The notes beneath the pieces are model-generated. The model searched no databases. It was not told the DNA's origin and saw only the letters and a program-made list of their open reading frames with translations. Shown here piece by piece: positions 14,766 through 23,340 of a stretch of DNA of 64,000 bases. The position numbers were made by a program, and so were the translations under genes. The stretch comes from Myxococcota bacterium (GTDB lineage Bacteria > Myxococcota_A > UBA9160 > SMWR01): positions 4,069-68,068 of the forward strand of contig DATKND010000054.1 in NCBI GenBank assembly GCA_035541475.1, given 5' to 3'. Positions within the stretch are counted from its first letter, which is position 1, and each line of letters begins with the position of its first letter.

Positions 14766-17000
14766 CTAGCGGCTTCGCGGTGCAGCGTGCGGCTTTCCGT
14801 CCGACTCCGCGCCGAACGCTTGCAGCGCTTGCTGGAGCTGCTCGTTTCCCGGATGCCGCGCGAGCGCCGCCTTCAGCACGTCGATGGACCGCTTCGCGTC
14901 GCCCGAGTCGTGGAGCGCGACGGCATACACGTAGGCGAAGCGAGCGTCGTCCGGCTCGATCGCCGCGGCGCGCTCGAAGTGCGCGAGCGCCTCCTCGGCG
15001 CGGCCCGCGCGCACGAGCGCGAGCCCCATCGCATGATGGAGGTCGGCGCTGCCGGGCTCGCGCGCGAGCGCGTCGGAGAGCACGCGGACACCCTCGGCGT
15101 CGCGCCCGGCGATGCGGTGGAGGTCCGCGAGATTCACCGACGCGGGCACGAAGTGCGGCTCGATCGCGAGCGCTGCCTCGTACTCGCGTTGCGCGCCGAC
15201 CAGGTCGCCCTGCGCGGCCGCGAGCACGCCCGCGGCGACGCGCGTCTCCGGCCGATCGGCGTCGCGCGCGAGCGCGCCCCGATACTCGGCCAGCGCGCGC
15301 TCGAAGTCGGAGCCGAGCGCCGCACGCGCGTCGGGCGGGAGCGACACCAGGGTGCGTGCCGACTGGATCCGCACCGCGCGCCGCGGATCCCGCAGCAGCG
15401 GCGCGGCGAGCTGCGAGCGCAGCGCGGGCGGCCACGGCTCGAGCGCCTCGAGCGCCGCCATGCGGACGAGCGGGTCGGCGTCGCCGAGGCCGGCCTGGAT
15501 GCTCGGCAGGACCTCGCGAGCGGGGTGGGTCGCGAGCTCGTGCAGCGCGGTCGCGCGCGCGATCGCCGGCTGCGAGACGTCACTCGCGAGCTCGGCGAGG
15601 GCCGCGCTCGCACCAGGCAGATCGCGGCGCGCGGCGTCGAGCGCGGACCCGAAGTGCGCGCGCGGCGGCGGACCGTCGCCACGCCAGCGCGCCACGGTGT
15701 CCGCGGCCCAGGCGTCTCCGCGCGCGGCATGGCATGCGCCGCACGCGTTCGGCGTGCCGAGCGCGACGGAGAGATCCGGGCGCGGCACGCGCAGCGAGTG
15801 GTCGCGGCGCACGTCGATCCGCATGTACGTGCGAGTCGGCATGTGGCACGAGACACAGCGCGCGCTCTCGCTGCCGGGCTCGTGGTGGTGGTGCGCGCGC
15901 GTCGCGAACACCTCGTCGCGGTGACACTTCGAGCAGACGGCGTCGGCGTCGACGGCGAGAGAATGCGGGTCATGGCAATCGCTGCACGTGACACCCGCCG
16001 CGAACATGCGGCTCTGGAGGAACGAGCCGTACTCGTAGACCTCGTCGTCGATCTGTCCGTCCGCGTGGTAGAGGCCCGCGTCGAGCAGCGCCGGCCGGTA
16101 GTGGTCGAGGAAGGCGTGACCGGGCTGCCAGCCGTCGGCGATCGTCGCGCGCCGCGCATGGCAGGGCGCGCAGACCTCGAGCTCCTGCGGCGCGCCAGCG
16201 GGCGGGTCGCGCTTCGCGATCGCGGCGCCGGGCGCGAAGCGGAAGGCGTGCTCGGCGCCGAGCTCGGCGGTGAGCCCCATCTCGAGCGCGCTCGGCCGCG
16301 CGCCTTCCTTCGCCCCGGCGTGCGTCGCCGCGCGCGCCCACTCGACGTGTCGCGATCCCGGACCGTGACACGCCTCGCAGCCGACGCCGAGCTCCGACCA
16401 GCGCGACTCGTAGCGATCCCCGCTCGCGACGTAGCCCTTCTCGTAGTCGGTGACGTGGCAGTCCGCGCACATCGCGTTCCACGTATGGCTCGGCCGCGAC
16501 CAGTGGAGCACGTCGTCCGGCGGGATCGCGTCGCGCTGGAGGTGGAACCAGCGCTCGCCGCCGGCCGAAGCGGGCCGCGTGTCCCACGCGGTGTCGAGCG
16601 ATTGCAGTCGGCCGCGCGGTCCTTCGACGAGGAGCTGCTGCAAGGGCCTCACGCCGAGCGCGTACGCGACCGCGTGCTCGCCGCCCTCCGTCTCCACGAC
16701 GAAGCGGCCGTCGCGCTGCCGGAAGCGCGACGACACGCCGAAGTGATCGAGCGCGGCGTCGGAGAAGTCGCCGCGCAGGCTGGCGGCGGTCGCCGTCTGC
16801 ATCGCCAGCGCGTGATCCGAGTCGCGCCAGCGCGCGCTCTCCGCGGCGTGGCATTCGGCGCAGCCCGCGCTGCCGACGTAGCGCGCTGTCTCGGGAGGCA
16901 CGGGCGGTGTCGCAGCGGTGCGCTCCTTGCCGCCGCAGCCCGACGCGAGCGCCAGCGCGAGCAGCGTTCGCACACCGAGAGAGGGCTTCGCGCCGCGCAC
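14766..17000 (-). CDS. Octaheme c-type cytochrome fused to HEAT/TPR repeats, lipoprotein
   Basis: GTG start. Lipobox LALASGC. Eight CxxCH motifs (CAECH, CADCH, CEACH, CAPCH, CSDCH, CSKCH, CVSCH, CGACH). The C-terminal third has TPR-like repeats (AEYRGALARD..., AQREYEAALAIEP..., ALAHFERAAAIEPDD...). Confidence 0.85.
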   Translation of the reverse strand: MRGAKPSLGVRTLLALALASGCGGKERTAATPPVPPETARYVGSAGCAECHAAESARWRDSDHALAMQTATAASLRGDFSDAALDHFGVSSRFRQRDGRFVVETEGGEHAVAYALGVRPLQQLLVEGPRGRLQSLDTAWDTRPASAGGERWFHLQRDAIPPDDVLHWSRPSHTWNAMCADCHVTDYEKGYVASGDRYESRWSELGVGCEACHGPGSRHVEWARAATHAGAKEGARPSALEMGLTAELGAEHAFRFAPGAAIAKRDPPAGAPQELEVCAPCHARRATIADGWQPGHAFLDHYRPALLDAGLYHADGQIDDEVYEYGSFLQSRMFAAGVTCSDCHDPHSLAVDADAVCSKCHRDEVFATRAHHHHEPGSESARCVSCHMPTRTYMRIDVRRDHSLRVPRPDLSVALGTPNACGACHAARGDAWAADTVARWRGDGPPPRAHFGSALDAARRDLPGASAALAELASDVSQPAIARATALHELATHPAREVLPSIQAGLGDADPLVRMAALEALEPWPPALRSQLAAPLLRDPRRAVRIQSARTLVSLPPDARAALGSDFERALAEYRGALARDADRPETRVAAGVLAAAQGDLVGAQREYEAALAIEPHFVPASVNLADLHRIAGRDAEGVRVLSDALAREPGSADLHHAMGLALVRAGRAEEALAHFERAAAIEPDDARFAYVYAVALHDSGDAKRSIDVLKAALARHPGNEQLQQALQAFGAESDGKPHAAPRSR

Positions 17001-17179
17001 GCGCGGAGACTGTCACGAATGCGCGGTCACCGGTAGCGCCGCCATCGATTCGGGCCTCGCTGGTCTGTGCGACGTTCGCGGGAGCGGCTAAGCTGCGCCC
17101 CCGATCGACCCGGGGCGTCGCTCCTGCGAGCGAACGACCTTGCGACGAGAGCCCGCGGTCGGAGGAGAATCAACCGAGC

Positions 17180-17419
17180 TTGGCGCGCGACGACCTCATC
17201 CAGGCAACCGGCACCGTGGACAAGATCCTCGGTGGCGGGCGCTACCAGGTCGCGCTCGACGGCGGGCAGTCGGTGACGGCGCAGCTCTCCGGACGCATGC
17301 GCCGTTTCCGCATCCGCGTGATTCCCGGCGACCGTGTCCAGGTCGGACTCTCGCCCTACGATCCGACGCACGGATTCATCACGTTCCGGCTGCGCGAAGG
17401 CCAGCAGGGCCCCGCCTAG
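17180..17419 (+). CDS. infA: Translation initiation factor IF-1
   Basis: TTG start 13 nt after GGAGGA. ARDDLIQATGTVDKILGGGRYQVALDGGQSVTAQLSGRMRRFRIRVIPGDRVQVGLSPYDPTHGFITFR matches the IF-1 S1 fold pattern (G.V......F.V.L.NG......SGKMR...IRILPGD.V.VE.SPYD...GRI..R). In frame within ORF 16907..17419. Confidence 0.85.
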   Translation: MARDDLIQATGTVDKILGGGRYQVALDGGQSVTAQLSGRMRRFRIRVIPGDRVQVGLSPYDPTHGFITFRLREGQQGPA

Positions 17420-17447
17420 TCTTGCCGGGCCTTCGCGCTCCGGGCTG

Positions 17448-18098
17448 ATGTCCTCGCGCGCGGTCCGGCTCACGCTCCAGGCGATCCAGGCCGCCGATCG
17501 CGCGCGCCTCGCCTGGCTGGTGCGACGCCACCCCGGGCTCGAGCTCGATCCCGCCGCGAGCACGAACTTTGCGGTCGCGCGATTCCTGCTCGCGCCCGGC
17601 GCCCGACTTCGCCTCGCGGCAGGTGCGGTCACGGATCGCGTGCCCGGCGCGCTCGTCTTCCTGATCGAGTCGGGCGCCGAAGTCGAGATCGGTCCCGGCA
17701 CGTGGCTTCGCACCGAGCTCGAGTCGGTGCGGATCGCGGCCTACACCGGCGCGCGGATCGCGACCGGCCCCGAGTGCCTGCTGAACGGCTGCCACCTCTC
17801 GTCCAAACGCGAGGTGCGGCTCGGACGCCGCGTGTGGGTCGGGCTCGGGACCCGCGTCTTCGACTCCGACCAGCACGACTACGACGACCTGCGCCCGATC
17901 CGCAGCGAGCCCGTCTCGATCGGCGACTTCACGTGGGTCGCCTCCGACGCGACCGTGATGAAGGGTGTCCGCATCGGCGAGCACTGCATCGTCGGCGCGC
18001 GCTCGCTCGTCACCTCCGACGTGCCGCCCCATACGCTGGTCTTCGGCCAGCCGGCGCGGCCGCGCGGGACCGTCGGCGATCGCAGTCGGGCGAGATAG
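17448..18098 (+). CDS. Left-handed beta-helix (hexapeptide-repeat) acyl/acetyltransferase
   Basis: ATG 17448 within ORF 17334..18098. C-terminal hexapeptide repeats: VWVGLGTRVFDSD...IGDFTWVASDATVMKGVRIGEHCIVGARSLVTSDVP. Confidence 0.75.
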   Translation: MSSRAVRLTLQAIQAADRARLAWLVRRHPGLELDPAASTNFAVARFLLAPGARLRLAAGAVTDRVPGALVFLIESGAEVEIGPGTWLRTELESVRIAAYTGARIATGPECLLNGCHLSSKREVRLGRRVWVGLGTRVFDSDQHDYDDLRPIRSEPVSIGDFTWVASDATVMKGVRIGEHCIVGARSLVTSDVPPHTLVFGQPARPRGTVGDRSRAR

Positions 18099-18108
18099 CA
18101 TCGCGCGC

Positions 18109-19029
18109 ATGCCGCTCCGCATCGCGCTCTTCGGACAGGCTCCGTTCGGCCGCGACACCCTCGTGCGTCTGCTCGAGGCGGGCCACGAGGTGGTCGGCGT
18201 CTACGCGCCGCCGGAGGGCGCGCGTCCCGACCCGCTGGCGGAGGAGGCGAAGAAGCGGGGCCTCCGCCTGCTTCGCCACGCGCGCTTCCGCGCGAAGGGC
18301 GCCGCCATTCCCGAGCTCGTCGCGGAGCACCACGCGCTCGGCGCCGACCTCAACGTGCTCGCCTTCGTGACCGTGATCCTGCCGCCGGAGATCGTCGATG
18401 CCCCGCGCCACGCCTCGCTCTGCTTCCATCCTTCTCTTCTTCCGCGTTTCCGCGGCGGCAACGCGCTGGCGTGGCAGATCCTGATGGGCGCGAAGGAGTC
18501 GGGAGTCACCGTGTTCCGGCCGGACTCCGGCGTCGACACGGGGCCGATCGTGGTGCAGAAGGGGCCGGTGTCGATCTCGGACACCGACACTGCCGCGACG
18601 CTCTACTTCGAGAAGCTCTACGGACTCGGCGTCGACGCGATCGCCGAGGCCGTGGCGGCGGTGGCCGATGGGAGCGCGCGTCCCGTCACGCAGGACGAGG
18701 AAGACGCGAGCCACCAGGATCTGGTGACGGACGAGGTGGCGCGGCTCGACTTCACGAAGGACGCCGCGACGCTCGATCGCTGGATCCGCGGCTGCGATCC
18801 GCAGCCCGGCGCCTGGGCGCTGCGCGGCGGCGAGAAGCTGCGGCTCTTCGATGCGAAGCCCGCGTCCGGCGATACGGGCGCCGCACCGGGTACGGTCGTC
18901 GCGGTGGATGCGGGTCGCGTACAGATCGCGGCGCGCGGCGGGCGGCTCGACGTCGGCCGCGCCCGCGCCGAGAATGGGGCGAAGGTCGCGGCAGCGGAGC
19001 TCTTTGCTCCCGGCGATCACCTCACCTAG
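18109..19029 (+). CDS. Formyltransferase-family protein (resembles the N-terminal hydrolase domain of 10-formyl-THF dehydrogenase / Fmt / ArnA-N)
   Basis: ATG 18109 within ORF 17965..19029. MPLRIALFGQAPFG, RFRAKGAAIPELV, LNVLAFVTVILPPEI, the signature HPSLLPRFRGGNALAWQI, DTGPIV, and a C-terminal formyl_trans_C-like WIRGCDPQPGAW. Confidence 0.8.
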   Translation: MPLRIALFGQAPFGRDTLVRLLEAGHEVVGVYAPPEGARPDPLAEEAKKRGLRLLRHARFRAKGAAIPELVAEHHALGADLNVLAFVTVILPPEIVDAPRHASLCFHPSLLPRFRGGNALAWQILMGAKESGVTVFRPDSGVDTGPIVVQKGPVSISDTDTAATLYFEKLYGLGVDAIAEAVAAVADGSARPVTQDEEDASHQDLVTDEVARLDFTKDAATLDRWIRGCDPQPGAWALRGGEKLRLFDAKPASGDTGAAPGTVVAVDAGRVQIAARGGRLDVGRARAENGAKVAAAELFAPGDHLT

Positions 19030-19045
19030 CAAGCGACGGTTGCGC

Positions 19046-19768
19046 ATGGATCTCGTTCGCCGCGTCGGGTCGCTGCTCGGCGCGGCCGGTCTCGATCTAC
19101 GCGGCGCGCTCTCGCCGTCGGTCTACGATGCGCTCGTCCCGCCGGGCTGGCGCTGCGACGCGCTGCTGACCGGTGCGCGCAGCGCGCTGGTGGTCGGGAG
19201 CGGGGGGCGGGCGCTCTGGCGCGCGGCACGCGAGTCGGGAGCGGCGGGCAGCGATCCGCTCGATCTCCACACGGCGCGAGCAATGCACGCGTGCGTCACC
19301 GAGCTGAGAGCGGCCGGTCACGCGGCTGTCGCAGTCTTCGCACACGAGCGCCGCGGCGGCACCTTCGCCGACTTCGTCGCGCTCGCACACGCGGCAGGTC
19401 TGGGCGCGCCGAGTCGCCTCGGCCTGCTCGTCCATCCCATCTACGGTCCGTGGCTCTCTTTGCGCGCGCTGCTCGTGAGCGAGCTCGCCTGGCCGGAGTC
19501 GACTCCGCTCCGGAGCTTCGACCCCTGCACGGGCTGTCCGGCGCCCTGCGCCACCGCCTGTCACGGCGCCGCGGTCGGGCGCTCGGGCTTCGACGTCCCG
19601 CGCTGCGCGGCGACGCGGCGGCGCGATCCGCGCTGCGCCCTTCGCTGCGGCGCGCGCCACGCCTGCGTGCTCGGCCGGGACCACGTCTACCTCGCGGAGG
19701 CCGAGGGCCATCACATGCGGAGCGTGTCCCCGCAGGCGCTGCTTGAAAGCCAGGGGGACCGAACCTAA
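19046..19768 (+). CDS. Hypothetical Cys-rich protein (possible Fe-S)
   Basis: ATG 19046 within ORF 18851..19768. C-terminal cluster CTGCPAPCATAC...C...C...C...C. No confident family call. Confidence 0.55.
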   Translation: MDLVRRVGSLLGAAGLDLRGALSPSVYDALVPPGWRCDALLTGARSALVVGSGGRALWRAARESGAAGSDPLDLHTARAMHACVTELRAAGHAAVAVFAHERRGGTFADFVALAHAAGLGAPSRLGLLVHPIYGPWLSLRALLVSELAWPESTPLRSFDPCTGCPAPCATACHGAAVGRSGFDVPRCAATRRRDPRCALRCGARHACVLGRDHVYLAEAEGHHMRSVSPQALLESQGDRT

Positions 19769-19965
19769 ACTCCGCCGCCCTGCCGACCGAACGAGTGGCG
19801 CGATTCGCGCTCGCTCGGGGCCGTTCCGGCGCGGCGGACCTTCCCCCATCCTAGGAGCGACGAGGATCCGCCCGGCACCCGGGATGGGCCGCCCCAGAGA
19901 GGTCGGCGCATTCCGGCCGGCGACCGGTGCAATCGCCTGCACCCTGCAACTCGCGAGGCACGTCC

Positions 19966-22053
19966 ATGTTGAATCTTCAGATGATCCGCAACATCGGCAT
20001 CAGCGCCCACATCGACTCGGGCAAGACGACGCTCACGGAGCGGATCCTCTTCTACACCAAGCGCATCCACCGCATCCACGAGGTCAAGGGCAAGGACGAG
20101 GTGGGCGCGACCATGGACTTCATGGAGCTCGAGCGCGAGCGCGGCATCACGATCGCGTCCGCCGCGACCTTCTGCGAGTGGCGCGGCCACCACGTGAACA
20201 TCATCGACACGCCCGGGCACGTCGACTTCACGATCGAGGTCGAGCGCTCGCTGCGCGTGCTCGACGGCGCGATCCTGGTGCTCTGCGGCGTGGCCGGCGT
20301 GCAGTCGCAGTCGCTGACCGTCGATCGCCAGATGCGGCGCTACAAGGTCCCGCGCCTCGCCTTCGTGAACAAGCTCGACCGCTCCGGCGCGAATCCCTTC
20401 CGCGTGGTCGAGCAGCTTCGCGACAAGCTGCGACACAACGCCGTGCTGATGCAGATCCCGATCGGGCTCGAGAGCAAGCACGAGGGCCTCGTGGACCTCG
20501 TCACGATGAAGGCCGTCTACTTCGACGGCCCGAACGGCGAGGCGATCCGGGTCGAGGAGATTCCCGCGGAGATGCGCGACGACGCGGCCGCCGCGCGCGA
20601 GACCATGCTCGACGCGGTGTCGCTCTATTCCGACGAGCTCACCGAGGCGATCCTCGAGGACAAGGTCACCGAGGAGCTGATCCACGACGCCGTCCGGCGC
20701 GGCACGCTCGCGCAGAGCCTGACTCCCGTCTTCATCGGCTCGGCCTACAAGAACAAGGGCGTGCAGCCGCTGCTCGACGCCGTCACGCGCTATTTGCCGA
20801 GCCCGCTCGACGTCGAGAACACCGCCGTCGACCTCTCGAACGACGAGGCGCCGATCACGCTCGCGGCCGACCCGAACAAGCCGCTCGTGGCGCTCGCCTT
20901 CAAGCTCGAGGACGGCCGCTATGGGCAGCTCACCTATCTCCGCGTCTACCAGGGGCGCATCGCGCGCGGCGTGTCGATCCTGAACGCGCGAACCAAGCGC
21001 CGCCACAAGGTCGGGCGCCTCGGCCGCATGCACGCCGATCAGATGGAGGAGATCGAGGAGGCGTTCGCCGGCGACATCGTCGCGATGTTCGGCATCGACT
21101 GCGCCTCGGGTGACACCTTCACGGACGAGTCGATCCAGGTCGCGATGAGCTCCATGCACGTGCCCGCGCCCGTGATCTCGCTCTCGATCAAGCCGGTCGA
21201 CAAGAAGGCGCAGGACAACATGGGCAAGGCGCTCGGTCGCTTCGTGCGCGAGGACCCGACCTTCCACTCCGCCGTCGACGGCGAGAGCGGCGAGACGGTG
21301 ATCTCGGGCATGGGCGAGCTGCACCTCGACGTCTACGTCGAGCGCATGAAGCGCGAGTACGGCGTGGTGGTCGAGACGGGCGCGCCGCAGGTGGCCTACC
21401 GCGAGGCCATCAGCCAGCGCGCGGAGTTCGTCACCACGCACAAGAAGCAGACCGGCGGATCCGGCCAGTACGCGAAGGTCGCGGGCTACGTCGAGCCCTT
21501 CCCCGACGGCGACTTCGAGTACCTGAACGAGGTGCGCGGCGGCAACGTGCCGAGCGAGTTCATTCCGTCGGTGGAGAAGGGCGTCCGCACCGCGCTCGAG
21601 AAGGGCACCTTGATCGGATTCCCGATCACCAACCTCCGCTTCGTGCTGAACGACGGACAGGCGCACAGCGTCGACTCGTCGGACATCGCCTTCCAGATCG
21701 CGGGCCGCAAGGCGCTGCGCGAGGTCTACCCGAGGGCGAAGCCCGTCGTGCTCGAGCCGGTGATGAAGCTCGAGGTCGAGAGCCCGGCCGAGTTCCAGGG
21801 CTCCATCCTCAAGACCGTGATGCAGCGCCGCGGCACGGTGGTCGGCACGACGGAGGAGGACGGCTTCTGCCGCGTGGAGGCGGAGGTGCCGCTCGCCGAG
21901 ATGTTCGGGTACTCGACGGATCTGCGTTCCTGCACCCAGGGCAAGGCCGAGTTCACCATGGAATTTTCACGGTATCTTCGCGTTCCCGGCGCGGTGCAGG
22001 ACGAGCTGATCAAGAAGTACGGCTCGCGCATCGTCAAGATCGAAGAGGAATAG
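19966..22053 (+). CDS. fusA: Elongation factor G paralogue (not in an rpsL-rpsG-fusA-tuf context)
   Basis: ATG 19966 with GAGG 7 nt upstream. GTPase motifs [22 protein letters not shown]. The full five-domain length is present (695 aa). Confidence 0.9.
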   Translation: MLNLQMIRNIGISAHIDSGKTTLTERILFYTKRIHRIHEVKGKDEVGATMDFMELERERGITIASAATFCEWRGHHVNIIDTPGHVDFTIEVERSLRVLDGAILVLCGVAGVQSQSLTVDRQMRRYKVPRLAFVNKLDRSGANPFRVVEQLRDKLRHNAVLMQIPIGLESKHEGLVDLVTMKAVYFDGPNGEAIRVEEIPAEMRDDAAAARETMLDAVSLYSDELTEAILEDKVTEELIHDAVRRGTLAQSLTPVFIGSAYKNKGVQPLLDAVTRYLPSPLDVENTAVDLSNDEAPITLAADPNKPLVALAFKLEDGRYGQLTYLRVYQGRIARGVSILNARTKRRHKVGRLGRMHADQMEEIEEAFAGDIVAMFGIDCASGDTFTDESIQVAMSSMHVPAPVISLSIKPVDKKAQDNMGKALGRFVREDPTFHSAVDGESGETVISGMGELHLDVYVERMKREYGVVVETGAPQVAYREAISQRAEFVTTHKKQTGGSGQYAKVAGYVEPFPDGDFEYLNEVRGGNVPSEFIPSVEKGVRTALEKGTLIGFPITNLRFVLNDGQAHSVDSSDIAFQIAGRKALREVYPRAKPVVLEPVMKLEVESPAEFQGSILKTVMQRRGTVVGTTEEDGFCRVEAEVPLAEMFGYSTDLRSCTQGKAEFTMEFSRYLRVPGAVQDELIKKYGSRIVKIEEE

Positions 22054-22062
22054 GGGGACGAT

Positions 22063-22752
22063 TTGCAGCGGAAGTTCCTGAACGCGCGAAGCCCGCTCCG
22101 ACTCCTCGAAAAGAACCTCCACGGCGGCCTCGGCCGCGGCAACGTCGGCATCGTCCTCGCCGGTCACGGGGTCGGCAAGACGTCGTTCCTCGTCGGTGTC
22201 GCGGTCGACGAGCTGCTGCGGCGCGGCCGCGTGTTGCACGTCTCGGCGGCGCACAGCGTCCCGCACGTGCGCGCCCACTACGACACGGTCTTCGACGAGC
22301 TCGCGAGCTCCACGCGCCTCGAGAACGAGGGACTGATCCGCGGCGAGATCGAGCGCAACCGCAGCATCCGCGTGTATCCGCCCAATACGGTCACCGCCGC
22401 CAAGCTGCGCGACGCCGTGAAGCTCGAGCGCGAGGCCGGCGGCGCGCCGTCCTTGCTCGTGCTCGAGGGTCTCGACCTCGGCGCCTTCGGCCGCCACGAC
22501 GTCGAGGACCTGCGCGCGCTCGCGCAGGAGCTCGACGCCGAGGTCTGGCTCGAGTCGGCCTGCAGCGACGAGCGCGAGGTCAGGATCCCGCCGCACGTGA
22601 AGGCGATCGAGGACCTGGTGTCGGTGATCCTGGCGCTCGAGCCCGGCGACGACGCCGTGCGGCTGCGCGCGCTCAAGGAGCACGACAACCGCGACCTCGC
22701 GGACCTGCACGTGAAGCTCGACCCGCGCACCCTGCTGCTGAAGCGGAGCTAG
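22063..22752 (+). CDS. KaiC/RecA-like P-loop ATPase, function unknown
   Basis: TTG start 9 nt after the EF-G stop, with GGGGGA upstream. Walker A LAGHGVGKTS. Walker B-like SLLVLEGLD. Confidence 0.65.
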   Translation: MQRKFLNARSPLRLLEKNLHGGLGRGNVGIVLAGHGVGKTSFLVGVAVDELLRRGRVLHVSAAHSVPHVRAHYDTVFDELASSTRLENEGLIRGEIERNRSIRVYPPNTVTAAKLRDAVKLEREAGGAPSLLVLEGLDLGAFGRHDVEDLRALAQELDAEVWLESACSDEREVRIPPHVKAIEDLVSVILALEPGDDAVRLRALKEHDNRDLADLHVKLDPRTLLLKRS

Positions 22753-22807
22753 TTCCGACCTTCGCTCGCCTTCGGCTCGCTGCGCGTCGCGCGAAGCGCA
22801 CGGCTTG

Positions 22808-23329
22808 CTAGCGCTTCTTGAACTCCGCCAGCCGCTCGCGATAGGCGGCGCGCAGCGCGTTGATCTCGGGCCGCGTGAAGCCGATCTCCTCGCCGATCGC
22901 GGCGATCTCGGCGCTCTCGACCGTCTCGATGATGCCGTCCGCGGCGGCGACCTCGAACAGACATTCGAGCAGGCGCGCGCGCTGCTCCGGGGTCGAGATG
23001 CTCTTGAACTCGCGCGTCACCACGTAGTTCTCGGTGCCGCCGAGGAGTCGCGCCTGTGACTTCGCGATCTCCACCACGAGCGCCGCCTCCGCGTCCGAGA
23101 GGCCCGCGCTGCCGCGGACGGCCTTCTCCATTGCGATCGTCTCGCTCTCGTCGATGTGGAGATCGGCCTGCGCGACGCGCGCGAGCACGTACGCGAAGGC
23201 GGCCAGGTACTTGGCCTGCGCGGGGTCGAGGCGATCGAGGCGCGCGGCGATGCGGCGCACCGTCTCGGTGTCACCCGCGCCGTCGCGCGACGCAGCGCGG
23301 ACTCCGAGGAAACGCAGCAGCGAGACCAC
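22808..23329 (-). CDS. TerB-family (tellurite-resistance-like) protein
   Basis: GTG 23329, 11 nt after the upstream TAA. Only the last 173 codons of ORF 22808..24805 read as native: AKYLAAFAYVLARVAQADLHIDESETIAMEKAV...LLECLFEVAAADGIIETVESAEIAAIGEEIG. Confidence 0.65.
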   Translation of the reverse strand: MVSLLRFLGVRAASRDGAGDTETVRRIAARLDRLDPAQAKYLAAFAYVLARVAQADLHIDESETIAMEKAVRGSAGLSDAEAALVVEIAKSQARLLGGTENYVVTREFKSISTPEQRARLLECLFEVAAADGIIETVESAEIAAIGEEIGFTRPEINALRAAYRERLAEFKKR

Positions 23330-23340
23330 GGCGACCGACG

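Noticed and set aside
19926-19943. GGTGCA-atcgcc-TGCACC palindrome 22 nt upstream of the EF-G start, reminiscent of NtrC half-sites
   Set aside because: The half-site order is inverted relative to TGCACC-N5-GGTGCA, and no sigma-54 promoter accompanies it. It is more likely a 5'-UTR hairpin or chance, and is too weak to report.
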